Part shown: piece by piece, positions 30,509 through 39,323 of the stretch
Position numbering within the stretch: position 1 is the stretch's first letter
How the letters are laid out: each line of letters starts with the position of its first letter
Source: Dehalococcoidia bacterium
Lineage (GTDB): Bacteria > Chloroflexota > Dehalococcoidia > SpSt-223
Reading direction: 5' to 3'
DNA length: 64,000 bases
Assembly (NCBI GenBank): GCA_026003895.1
Contig: BPIC01000005.1
Coordinates: 288,941 to 352,940, forward strand
Notes under the pieces: generated by a model
Told to the model about the DNA's origin: nothing
Seen by the model: the letters and a program-made list of their open reading frames with translations, nothing else
The model's database searches: none
Translations under genes and position numbers: made by a program

Positions 30509-31168
30509 GTGCGCATCGACTTGCACGTTCACACCGTTCGTGGCAGCTCGGACAGTGCGCTCGGGCTCGACGAGCTGATCGAGCAGGCCCGCCGCGCTGG
30601 CCTCGACGGGGTGGGCATCACCGAGCACAACAACTATTGGCACGACCCCGTCTGGGACGAGCAAGCACGCCGCGCCGGGCTCACCATTTTCCACGGGATC
30701 GAAGTTTCAACCGACTGCGGTCACATTCTCGCGTTTGGGATCGAGGGCTATGTCTCCGGCATCCACAAGGCAGCAGTGCTCCGCGAGGTGGCGGATCATT
30801 CGGGGGCGATCCTGATCGCCGCGCACCCCTTCCGGAGAATCTTTGAGCGAGGGCCGCACATCCACAACCTTCTCAAGCTCCAGAACCCGACAGTCGCTGA
30901 GGCGGCAGCGCACCCCGTCTTTCGACTCGTGGATGCCATCGAAGTCGCAAATGGCGGCACGCTCGAAGAAGAGAACGAGTTTGCGGTCGACGTCGCGCGC
31001 TATCTCGGGTTGCCCGTCACTGGCGGCAGTGACTCTCACTCCGCCAATAGCCTTGGCCACAAGGCCACCGTGTTCGACGAACCGATCCGCAGCATGCGCG
31101 ATCTGATCGCCGCGATCAAAGACGGCCGAGGGCGCGCCGTCGATCGGCTCCTCCTCGTCGGCGCATAG
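30509..31168 (+). CDS. PHP domain metal-dependent phosphoesterase
   Basis: VRIDLHVHTVRGSSD...GVGITEHNN...HGIEVS...AAHP...GGSDSHS are the histidine-rich motifs of the PHP fold. GTG start with GAGGGAGAA RBS. Confidence 0.75.
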   Translation: MRIDLHVHTVRGSSDSALGLDELIEQARRAGLDGVGITEHNNYWHDPVWDEQARRAGLTIFHGIEVSTDCGHILAFGIEGYVSGIHKAAVLREVADHSGAILIAAHPFRRIFERGPHIHNLLKLQNPTVAEAAAHPVFRLVDAIEVANGGTLEEENEFAVDVARYLGLPVTGGSDSHSANSLGHKATVFDEPIRSMRDLIAAIKDGRGRAVDRLLLVGA

Positions 31169-31176
31169 GGGGCGGG

Positions 31177-31641
31177 ATGGGCGTCCTCGAGAGTCTCCTT
31201 TCCCTTTTCAGTCCGCGGGTGCCGGGTCCAGACGAGACAGCAATCCGCTACACCCAAGCCATGTTGAGCGGTGACGCCGACACGGTGCTCCGGATGAGCG
31301 AGGGCGCCGGGATCCAACTGACTCGCGAGACGGTTGCGAGGTTTGCCGAGGCAAATCTGGCGCGATGGTTCGGTCGCCTTCGCGCTCTCGATGCTCCGGC
31401 CTCGGCAGTCCCGCCGCCTCCTCCGCCGGTCCGTCGCTACGTGGTTGGGCGAGTCGCCTTGCCGGACCAAGCCACTCAGGATTTTCCGATCCTCGCCGTA
31501 GGCCTCGTGCGCACCAAGCGCCGTTGGGCCGTCGTTTCGGTCCGCGCGAATGCCGCCCTTTTCGATGACGGTAGCACTGAGCCGCCGCCTGTTTCCGACA
31601 TTATTGAGCTGGATGACGAGCTCCTCGCCGAGCGAGGCTAA
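31177..31641 (+). CDS. hypothetical protein
   Basis: 154-aa ORF, 9 nt after the PHP gene, with a coding-like codon bias. No recognisable domain. Confidence 0.45.
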   Translation: MGVLESLLSLFSPRVPGPDETAIRYTQAMLSGDADTVLRMSEGAGIQLTRETVARFAEANLARWFGRLRALDAPASAVPPPPPPVRRYVVGRVALPDQATQDFPILAVGLVRTKRRWAVVSVRANAALFDDGSTEPPPVSDIIELDDELLAERG

Positions 31642-31650
31642 CCGTCCGAG

Positions 31651-33093
31651 CTAGGGCTGGGACCGGATGGCAACCGACCAAAGAAAGTCGGTCCGGACAA
31701 TCCGTGCGAAAATCGGGTCATTTGGCGGCACGTACCCCTCGTTTCGCACCGGTCCAAAGTTCGCGGCGGTTGGATCGTTGCGGTCGAAGCTCGGATACCC
31801 GGCTCGGACGTGACAGGCCATGCAGTTCGTCTTGATGCCGTTCATCAGGTCGCGGGGCATCGGCTCGCCCGTCGGTGTCACCGGAACGATGACGCCGAGG
31901 TCTGCCTCCAAGTGCGGATTGAAACAGATTGCTGGTCCGCCATCGGGCTCGCGCGGCAGCACCATGTCGTAGGCGGTGCACATCTCGAAGTTACGGAACG
32001 GTCCGCGGACCTTTGCCGTCCGGTTGTCGCCGAACGGACTGGAGTCCGGGTTCGGCGACCACCAAAACGTCTGCCACGTCCAATCATCGATCTCCTTCGT
32101 CGTGACGTGCATTGCGAGAAGAACGACGAAGTCCCCAATCTCCGGAACCTGACCAGCGTTGGTGACGAAACGCTCCTCTGGCTGGCCGACCGATGGCTCT
32201 CGCATGAACTTCCGCGCCTGTTGGACCTGATCGGGAGTGGTCAGTTGGAAGCTGTAGAAGTCGTTCAGGCGAACTACGGGCGAGGGGCGGACGCGTGGCG
32301 CTTCGGCCGTGCCGTTGCAGTTCACGGGTTGGAGCGAGCCAGCGGGGTAGCGGCCGGCAGGGTCGACGGCCACGCAGTCGAGCCACGTCAGGTAAATGGG
32401 TGGCGAGTCCGCCGGCGGCGGATAGGTCGGCCGCCAGATTGGGAGCGCGGTCAAGCCATTGTCGCTTTGCGGGCTGTCCGGCCGCTTGATCAGTCCGTAG
32501 ACCACCTTGATTGCGACCGCGTCGTTCGGAAACGGAGGGATGGTGCGGGCCTCGATCGGTTGGTTCGTGGCATTGAAGCGATTGTTCAAATCGACCAGCG
32601 TTGCACGGCGGAAGAGCCCGTTTTCCCAAAGGTGGCGAGCGCCAGCTTGGTTGTACGAGACGAACGACATGAAGTTGGCCGCGAGCATCGTATCTGGAGG
32701 GCGTCCGATGAGATGCTGGCTCGGCAGCTCGAAGAAACGCGCGAAGTCGCGCGGGCCGCGCAACGGATCCTTGCCGGCGGCGGCGTCTTCAAACAGCTCA
32801 TCCGCCGAGTACCACGTCTCGAAGATTGGCAAGCGTTGGCCGTTGACCACCGACAATGACGGCGCGGTCAGGCCCGCCCAAAGGTTCCACGCGTGTTCGC
32901 GAATCGCCTGCCGATCATTCGCGTAGATTGCAGCGAGGAGGCGATGACTCGGCGCAGGGAAATCGTACCCGTCTGGAATGTCTTGGTAGACGTAGAGCGG
33001 CTCAGGGATCAGTTGGCTCTCCACTGCCGGTACTGCCGGGGCGAGGGCGCCGATGCTAAGAAGAAGCATCACGGTCATCAGCGAACGTCGCAT
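31651..33093 (-). CDS. secreted hypothetical protein with a single C-terminal CXXCH haem-c binding motif
   Basis: Signal peptide (MRRSLMTVMLLLSIGALAPAVPA), Trp-rich and about 480 aa, with one CMACH motif near the C-terminus. Start chosen at the Met before the signal peptide. Confidence 0.55.
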   Translation of the reverse strand: MRRSLMTVMLLLSIGALAPAVPAVESQLIPEPLYVYQDIPDGYDFPAPSHRLLAAIYANDRQAIREHAWNLWAGLTAPSLSVVNGQRLPIFETWYSADELFEDAAAGKDPLRGPRDFARFFELPSQHLIGRPPDTMLAANFMSFVSYNQAGARHLWENGLFRRATLVDLNNRFNATNQPIEARTIPPFPNDAVAIKVVYGLIKRPDSPQSDNGLTALPIWRPTYPPPADSPPIYLTWLDCVAVDPAGRYPAGSLQPVNCNGTAEAPRVRPSPVVRLNDFYSFQLTTPDQVQQARKFMREPSVGQPEERFVTNAGQVPEIGDFVVLLAMHVTTKEIDDWTWQTFWWSPNPDSSPFGDNRTAKVRGPFRNFEMCTAYDMVLPREPDGGPAICFNPHLEADLGVIVPVTPTGEPMPRDLMNGIKTNCMACHVRAGYPSFDRNDPTAANFGPVRNEGYVPPNDPIFARIVRTDFLWSVAIRSQP

Positions 33094-33168
33094 CGGAGAC
33101 CCCTTTTCCCGCCGCCTTCGTGCGGTCACCTTGAATCGTGGGTGACGTGGCTCGCGAGCCAACGTCGA

Positions 33169-33939
33169 CTAGTTTACGAGTCGGCGGCGCATCAACGTGA
33201 TCGCGATCCATCCGAAGGCAATCGTGGCGGCGAGTAGGTAGAGCAGGTCGACGAGCGCATCGAGACCGAGGGCGCCGCGATTTAGCGAACGGGACAGGTT
33301 CGACGCATGTGTCATGGGAATCCACCACGCGAGCGTGCGAACCCAGTCCGGTAGCCGGTCGAGCGGGAAGAAGACGCCACCAAAGAAGAGACTCGGCGTG
33401 AAATACAAGCTGAAAAAGTAGTTGAAGGCGTTGATTGACGGCGCGAGCGCCGTGAAGCAAAGCCCGATCGCGGCGAAGACCATACCGGCAAGAAAGGCAA
33501 CCGGAATCATCCCTACAGCGAAGGGGGATTCCGTCAGGCCGAAGATCCAAACCGCAACGAGCAACGCCGTCGCCGAGATGACGCCGCGGGTCGCTCCCCA
33601 CAGAATTTCACCCACAACGATGTCTTCAACCGAGAGCGGCGTCGCGAGGATGGCATCGAAGGTCCCTTGCGAGTCCATGCGAAAGAAGGAGCCGAACGTT
33701 GTCTCGAAGGTCGCCCCGAAGAAGGCAGACTGAGCGATCAACCCCGGGGCGAGAAAGACGATGTAATCTTCGCCGCCGAGCGCGACATAGGCGCCCATCC
33801 CGAAGCCAAACGCAACGAGCGTGATGAACGCCTCGAGGAATGGCGGCCAGCTTTCCGTTTTCCAAAGTCGAAGAAACACGTCACGGTTCCGCTGCCAGAC
33901 GCGCACCGCGCTACGCGAGAGATCGAGCCCAAGGATCAT
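33169..33939 (-). CDS. ABC-2 type transporter permease
   Basis: 256 aa with 6 TM helices in an ABC-2 family pattern. 4-nt overlap with the upstream ATPase gene. Confidence 0.75.
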   Translation of the reverse strand: MILGLDLSRSAVRVWQRNRDVFLRLWKTESWPPFLEAFITLVAFGFGMGAYVALGGEDYIVFLAPGLIAQSAFFGATFETTFGSFFRMDSQGTFDAILATPLSVEDIVVGEILWGATRGVISATALLVAVWIFGLTESPFAVGMIPVAFLAGMVFAAIGLCFTALAPSINAFNYFFSLYFTPSLFFGGVFFPLDRLPDWVRTLAWWIPMTHASNLSRSLNRGALGLDALVDLLYLLAATIAFGWIAITLMRRRLVN

Positions 33940-34862
33940 TCTTGCAAGCTCCGGCCGGCGAGACGGAGGAAGACGTCTTCGAGCGTCGCCGGGCGGCGAA
34001 GCGCCTCGCGGACGGCGCTTTTCGGCGCGGGAGCATTGCCGTTGCGCTCGAAGACATAGACCGCGTCGTCGGTCGCCTCAAAGTCGATGCCCCAACCGGC
34101 AAGCTCTTCGACGAGCGGCCCGTTCTCTTCGCGATCGATACGGAGCTCGAGGACGCTATGGCCGACGTACGTCTCCACGAGTGCCGCCGGCGTGCCTTCC
34201 GCCAAGATCGTGCCACGGTCCATGATGATGACTCGATCAGCGAGTCGCGCTGCCTCTTCCATGTAGTGGGTCGTCAGGAGCATTGTCGCGCCGGCATCCT
34301 TCAACTGGCGCAGCTTTGTCCAGACGAGATGACGGGCTTGTGGGTCAAGTCCTGTCGTTGGCTCGTCCAGCACAATCAGTCGCGGCCGGTTGATGAGTGC
34401 ACGGGCAATCGTCAAGCGACGCTGCATGCCGCCGGAGAGCGTGTCAACCGACGCCTTCGCCTTCTCAGTGAGTTGAAAGAGGGCTAATGCCTCGTCGGCG
34501 CGCTGTTCGGCCACCTTCTTCGGAATGTCGAAGTAGCGGGCATAGGTCAAGAGGTTGTTACGGACAGTCAAGTCGGGGTCGAGGTTGCTTTCCTGTGGCA
34601 CGACCCCGATCAAGGATTTCACTTGGCGCGCCTCGCGCTTCACGTCGAGACCGTCGACGTACAATTCGCCCTCGGTGACGGGCGAGGCGCAGTAGATCAT
34701 TCGCATCGTGCTCGACTTTCCGGCGCCATTTGGGCCGAGAAACGCGACGCACTCGCCGGCGTTCACGCGAAAGTCGATGGCATCAACGGCAGTAAAGGTC
34801 CCGAAGCGCTTGGTGAGCCGGTGCGCGGTGACGATCGGTTTGCCAACCTGAACAGAGAACAC
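33936..34862 (-). CDS. ABC transporter ATP-binding protein (ABC-2/DrrA-like)
   Basis: Walker A GPNGAGKSST, signature LSGGMQRRL and Walker B LIVLDEPTTGLD. Start is approximate (a GTG near 34862). The ORF extends to 34991. Confidence 0.85.
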   Translation of the reverse strand: MFSVQVGKPIVTAHRLTKRFGTFTAVDAIDFRVNAGECVAFLGPNGAGKSSTMRMIYCASPVTEGELYVDGLDVKREARQVKSLIGVVPQESNLDPDLTVRNNLLTYARYFDIPKKVAEQRADEALALFQLTEKAKASVDTLSGGMQRRLTIARALINRPRLIVLDEPTTGLDPQARHLVWTKLRQLKDAGATMLLTTHYMEEAARLADRVIIMDRGTILAEGTPAALVETYVGHSVLELRIDREENGPLVEELAGWGIDFEATDDAVYVFERNGNAPAPKSAVREALRRPATLEDVFLRLAGRSLQE

Positions 34863-35310
34863 CTCTTGACTATACCCGACGACGTGCCGGTCGAGCCCGG
34901 CATGGGTCGCGGTGCGTGGTTGCAGATCGTCCGGCTCGGCACCATGGTGGCTAGGGTCTCTCGAGTCTCGGGGGCGCGATTCGTCCCTCACACGGGTTGG
35001 TCGACTGGATCACCGCTGGTGAGCTCGATCGTAAGGTTCGAACCGACCATGCCGACGGTGATCGACTGATCAAGCGCTCCAATCCGAGTTGGGAGCGGTC
35101 TCGTCCTTATTTCGCCACGCAGGCGCTGTGGACTCGTCGTTGCCGCGGCGTAGGCCAGCGATTTGGATCGGCGCAGCCTCGTCAACCGCCTCTCATTGGG
35201 TGCGGAAGGGCGCCGGTTGGCCACCTCATCGGCCGGTAATCGTCAACACGGCTCGGTGAAGGAGCAACCGGAGCGCGCCCCGCTGGCGATATACTTGCAG
35301 CAGACAGCTC

Positions 35311-36045
35311 TTGGAGCCATTGATGATTCCTGAACGCGATCAGGCGATCATCCGGGACCGGTTTCAGGCCGAGCTGGTGAACCCGGTGACGATCGACCTG
35401 TTCATTCGTCCCGAGACCGGTTTGTTCATCCCCGGCCGTCAGCCTACCACCTCCCGTGAAACGCGCCAACTTCTCGAAGAGGTCGCAGCCCTCTCGGACA
35501 AGATCGCGCTCAATGTGGTAGACGTCACCTCCGATCCGGCGGCAGCGGCCGCGGCCAACGTCACGGAGGTGCCGACGATCATCATTCGGGGGCCAGAAGA
35601 CGGCCGAGTGCGAATGCTTGGTATTCCCTCTGGGTATGAGTTCGCGACCTTCATCGAAACGATCGTAAGCGTCTCGTCCGGCAACTTTGGCATCGATGAT
35701 GAGGTCGTCAAGATTCTGGACACGATCGCCGATCCGGTCGACGTCCAAGTATTCGTCACCCCCACCTGACCTCACTGCCCACGAACAGCGTCGTTGGCGC
35801 TGAAACTTGCTGCAAGCTCGTCAAGCATCCGTGCCAGTGTGATCGAGGCGAACGAGTTTCCCGACCTCTCGCGCCGATATCGCGTCTCGGCCGTGCCGCA
35901 GACCGTGTTCACCTCGGCGGCGTCACCTGAGCCGCGAGTCCTCGTCGGGGGCGGTCCGCCCGAGCGGTTCCTTGGAGAGTTGTTCACGGTTGCCCGTGTC
36001 CGTCTTGAGGATCACCTTGGGGACGAAGGCTCGGCCGAACGGTAA
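35311..36045 (+). CDS. thioredoxin-fold protein disulfide oxidoreductase (Pyrococcus PDO / glutaredoxin-like protein family) with an in-frame UGA (Sec) in the redox motif: candidate selenoprotein
   Basis: ORFs 35311-35769 and 35794-36045 are in the same frame, separated only by TGA at 35767-35769. The read-through product aligns block-for-block with the two-Trx-unit PDO of Pyrococcus: IIRDRFQAELVNPVTIDLFI / VFVTPT-U-PHCP / EANEFPDLSRRYRVSAVPQTVF. The TGA sits exactly at the first Cys of the CPxC motif. selA is in the same window. Confidence 0.7.
35780..35816 (+). promoter_or_regulatory. candidate bacterial SECIS-like stem-loop downstream of the in-frame UGA
   Basis: Hairpin CAGCG-UCGUUGG-CGCUG (35786-35802) places a G/U-containing apical loop about 22-28 nt 3' of the UGA. 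A second small hairpin CUUG-CUG-CAAG lies at 35806-35816. Not folded computationally. Confidence 0.3.
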
Positions 36046-36117
36046 CCGCCTTCTTTCCCGCTCCCGCGGACCGTAGAACCGCGACGGGGGAGACACCTTC
36101 GCGCCTTGCTCGACCGA

Positions 36118-36138
36118 GGTGAACCGCCCACGTTCACC
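36118..36138. terminator. palindromic hairpin between convergent selenoprotein gene and acyP
   Basis: GGTGAAC-CGCCCAC-GTTCACC, a perfect 7-bp inverted repeat in the 112-bp convergent intergenic region. Possible bidirectional terminator. Confidence 0.25.
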
Positions 36139-36157
36139 TGCCCCAGTTTCGGTCTGG

Positions 36158-36436
36158 TCAAGCGATGATGCGGAAGTTCGGAAAGTCGCCCCGATAGGGC
36201 TCCCAGAGGACCTGGACGTCTTCGACTCGCGCCGCGGGTGGGCCGTGCTTGCACCACTCGATCATTCGGAGCACGGCGGCGCGGTCACCCTCGAAGATGG
36301 CTTCAACTCGACCGTCAGGAATGTTCCGGACCATGCCAGTGACGCCGGCCTTTTGCGCTTCTTGTCGGGTCGATTCGCGGAACATGACCCCTTGAACTCG
36401 GCCGCTTATCAAGACATACGCGCGGGAGGGTGTCAT
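36158..36436 (-). CDS. acyP: acylphosphatase
   Basis: 92 aa with VQGVMFRESTRQEA and GMVRNIPDGRVE, the acylphosphatase signatures. Confidence 0.85.
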   Translation of the reverse strand: MTPSRAYVLISGRVQGVMFRESTRQEAQKAGVTGMVRNIPDGRVEAIFEGDRAAVLRMIEWCKHGPPAARVEDVQVLWEPYRGDFPNFRIIA

Positions 36437-36804
36437 CAGTCCAGCCCGAGACGATGCAAGTCGTCGTCAGAGAGGCCGAAGTGATGGGCAAACTCGTGGA
36501 TGACCGTCGTTTGGACTTCGGCACGGATTGCCCAGTCCGAGGCGCATGCCTGCTCGAGGGGGCCTTGGTAGATAGTGATTTTGTCCGGCAAGGCGAGCCC
36601 GTAGTCCGTCGTGCGTCCGGTGAGCGGCGTTCCCTGATACAGTCCGAACAGCGTTTCCCCGGGTCCAAGTCCGGCCGCGCGGAGGTCCTCCTCGGAAGGC
36701 CAGTCCTCGACCGTGATCGCAACATTATCGAGGCGATTGCGAATCTCCGGCGGCAACTCACGCACCGCCCGTGACACCAACCGCTCGAAGCGGCGGCGCG
36801 ACAT
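36436..36804 (-). CDS. metallopeptidase family protein (minimal MMP-like Zn-dependent protease domain)
   Basis: HEFAHHFGLSDDDL zinc-binding motif. Start is approximate (MSRRRFERL). Its stop overlaps the acyP start. Confidence 0.7.
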   Translation of the reverse strand: MSRRRFERLVSRAVRELPPEIRNRLDNVAITVEDWPSEEDLRAAGLGPGETLFGLYQGTPLTGRTTDYGLALPDKITIYQGPLEQACASDWAIRAEVQTTVIHEFAHHFGLSDDDLHRLGLD

Positions 36805-36841
36805 TTTCAAGCCCGTCGGCATGGCCGGAGTATAGCCGGCC

Positions 36842-38194
36842 CTATCCACGCTTGCGGAAGATGACCTCGTAGCTAAAGTGATTCGCCGAGTTTCGAAGCT
36901 CGCCGTTGCAGTATAAGGACTGGCGTTCCGCCTCGGTCTGGGCAAACAGCACGGTCTCCATATTGACGGCATAGTCCGATGTCGTGTCCTGGCCTTTTTC
37001 GTCCTTGATCACCCAGGCGGTCCAGTTGCCACGATAGAAGTACGCCTCGACCTTGCCTGGCCCTTTCTCACCGGTCCGGTAGGTAAAGCTGGTAGGACCG
37101 GAGTCCGTGCGAATGGTGACTCCGTTAATCGGCGCACCGCTTGCGTCAAGTGTGGTGAAGAACCCGATGCCATTGCCCGAATTCTCGCAGGCGGTGAGCT
37201 GATGCAGCTTGACGAGAATCCATTGGGCGCCCGGTGTCTCGCGCAGGTAGGCCGGTGTCATGCGGGTCACTGCGTCGAGCTGGCGTGGATAGGGCGACCC
37301 TGCGCCTGCAACAGCCGGAGTCGCCGTCGGCGGAAGGCTCGTTGGGGCCGCGGACGGTGGCGCTGCTGGTGAGGCGACGGGTGATGCAGCAGCGGCGGCC
37401 GGAGTGCTGGTCGGGGCTGGACTTCCGCTTGCCGGCGCAGCTGGAACGGGAGTTCCTCCTGTGGAGCCCGGCGGCTCGGGGATGATCGCGGCCTCCGGAA
37501 ACAGGCCAGCATCCTTGGCGACATCCCCACCATTGGCCACTTGGACGTCGCCACGACGTGCCCACGGCACGTCCTCCTTCCATTGCTGAATCACGATGCG
37601 CTGGGCTCGCAAGACATAGGCGTTGCCGACGTCTTCAATCTTTGACGTCGGCAGCCCGTTCATAATGATTGGGTCTCCCATGGCGGCGAAGTAGCGCGCC
37701 CGAATTGCTGGGTTGTCATCGAGCAAGGCGAGCCGGCCGCGGACGATCTCCTCCCATGACTTGCCCGTTTCCTCGAGCTTGATGGGGGCTGGTACCGTCT
37801 TGACCGTGCGGAGCCATGGGTCTTTGCCGGCGTCGGACATCTTGTCGAAGACGTTGACGAAGAGGACGGCATCCAGCTCCGGCCGCCACTGAAAGACGAC
37901 TTTCTGCATGGCTTGGCTGACAAACCCGTCCCACATGAAGCGACGCGAGATCGGGTAGCCGAGCACTTGTGGCCCGCCAAGTCGTCGGTATTCCGACCAA
38001 AACGGAATGTTGTCGTTATCGGTGATCGCAAAGCCGGTGCCGCCCTCTCCTGCCTTACCATTGGCCTGGGTGTAGAAATGCCCATTCGGAATGGCATAGT
38101 CCAAGGCGCTCTGCCCGGACGCCGGAAGGACGGTGATCGCACCCGCCAAGGGCGCCAGCGCCACCGCGACGAAGACCGGCCACCAACGGTTCAT
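36842..38194 (-). CDS. secreted hypothetical protein with two domains joined by a Pro/Ala/Ser/Thr-rich linker
   Basis: Signal peptide (MNRWWPVFVAVALAPLAGA). A low-complexity PAST linker lies at about nt 37290-37500. No recognised catalytic motif. Confidence 0.6.
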   Translation of the reverse strand: MNRWWPVFVAVALAPLAGAITVLPASGQSALDYAIPNGHFYTQANGKAGEGGTGFAITDNDNIPFWSEYRRLGGPQVLGYPISRRFMWDGFVSQAMQKVVFQWRPELDAVLFVNVFDKMSDAGKDPWLRTVKTVPAPIKLEETGKSWEEIVRGRLALLDDNPAIRARYFAAMGDPIIMNGLPTSKIEDVGNAYVLRAQRIVIQQWKEDVPWARRGDVQVANGGDVAKDAGLFPEAAIIPEPPGSTGGTPVPAAPASGSPAPTSTPAAAAASPVASPAAPPSAAPTSLPPTATPAVAGAGSPYPRQLDAVTRMTPAYLRETPGAQWILVKLHQLTACENSGNGIGFFTTLDASGAPINGVTIRTDSGPTSFTYRTGEKGPGKVEAYFYRGNWTAWVIKDEKGQDTTSDYAVNMETVLFAQTEAERQSLYCNGELRNSANHFSYEVIFRKRG

Positions 38195-38278
38195 GACCCC
38201 TCACCTCCGGCAGCGCCGAGGTGATCGAGGGCGCGAGCCGGCAAGCTGACCGGATGGTAGGGAAGTCGCTCGCTGGTT

Positions 38279-39097
38279 TCAAGCGGCTTGGCGTGCCTCG
38301 GCACGCCGAGCGCGATGCTCGGTCCAGCGTCCGAAGGTGACGCCAACAACGCCATACAGAACATAGACAAGGCCGCTGAGCGTTCCGTCACGAAAATACC
38401 AAGCGCACGCGATCGAAAGCATCGCGATCCCCATATGGGCCGACGCTTCCCACAAATGGCCTTGGGTCTCGATTCGCTCACGAGCCGACAACTTGAGCGT
38501 GTCTGCCAGACGAAGGGCATGCCAATTGAAGAGCACAAAACAAAAGCCCACAGCCATCAGTCCAGCGCCGTAGAATGTCATGAGCAAGGGCACGTCGCCA
38601 GACTTCAGGATCGGGACGAAGCTTCCATCAGCGGCTGGTACTTCGGTGGGCAGCCCAAGCCATTCGTCGATCAGCCACGTGAACAGAAATTTCAGTGGAT
38701 AGACATAGAAGAGCACGACGAACAAGAACAAGCTATTGACGACAATCGTAAAGAGATCTTCGAGTCCGTAGCGCCGAAAGTAGCTGTAATGGGCGTGCCA
38801 AAGCAACAACAACAAGGCAAAGCTGATCACGAATGCGGGGAAGCGCAACATTTCGCGTTGTAGCTCGTCGAACGTGTTGGGCACCTCGAGAGAGACAACG
38901 AGCAGCGTAATCGCAAATCCGAACACAGCGTCGGTGAGGCCTTCAAGGCGCGAGACGTCTCTACCGCGCCACGTGATCCCTCGCCTCCGGTTGACCGCTC
39001 GCTCGGTGAGCACCCGACGGATCACGTCATACCTGCTTGCGCCGGTGTGCTTTCTCGCGTGCTTCCCGTTCGGTGCAGAGGCGCCCGCGTGGTTCAT
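38279..39097 (-). CDS. DUF1211 / TMEM175-like membrane protein (putative K+ channel family)
   Basis: RLEGLTDAVFGFAITLLVVSLEVP signature helix, followed by 5 more TM segments. Confidence 0.7.
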   Translation of the reverse strand: MNHAGASAPNGKHARKHTGASRYDVIRRVLTERAVNRRRGITWRGRDVSRLEGLTDAVFGFAITLLVVSLEVPNTFDELQREMLRFPAFVISFALLLLLWHAHYSYFRRYGLEDLFTIVVNSLFLFVVLFYVYPLKFLFTWLIDEWLGLPTEVPAADGSFVPILKSGDVPLLMTFYGAGLMAVGFCFVLFNWHALRLADTLKLSARERIETQGHLWEASAHMGIAMLSIACAWYFRDGTLSGLVYVLYGVVGVTFGRWTEHRARRAEARQAA

Positions 39098-39277
39098 CCA
39101 CCCGCGCCTGACAGGGCGCCCGATCGAGCAACCAGAGGACGGGCTGAACTGTCGTCTTCAGCCCGATCGGTCTGATGGGAAAGGCATGGCTGGCAGACGA
39201 GGTCGTGACGGTGCCGTCGACCAACACAACCCGAGCCGCGTGCTGGCGCATTGGCGCTGAGCGGAGCGCAAACTGGA

Positions 39278-39301
39278 GGACCGGCAGCGTCACGCCGGTC
39301 C
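39278..39301 (-). terminator. candidate intrinsic terminator downstream of icd
   Basis: 8-bp GC stem GGACCGGC/GCCGGTCC with an 8-nt loop, 23 nt after the icd stop, followed on the minus strand by ...CCAGUUUG. Weak U-tract. Confidence 0.3.
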
Positions 39302-39323
39302 CCGGCGCCCCGTGCACTGGCGG

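Noticed and set aside
28858-30846. Plus-strand ORFs 28858-29835 and 29911-30846 antisense to RNase J
   Set aside because: Antisense artefacts. RNase J motifs are unambiguous on the minus strand.
31810-32859. 349-aa plus-strand ORF antisense to the CXXCH protein gene
   Set aside because: No motifs and overlaps a signal-peptide-bearing CDS on the opposite strand.
35035-35044. Palindrome GGTTCGAACC resembling a tRNA T-loop consensus in the divergent region upstream of the Sec-Trx gene
   Set aside because: No flanking acceptor, D or anticodon arms can be built. A 10-nt palindrome is insufficient; not a tRNA.
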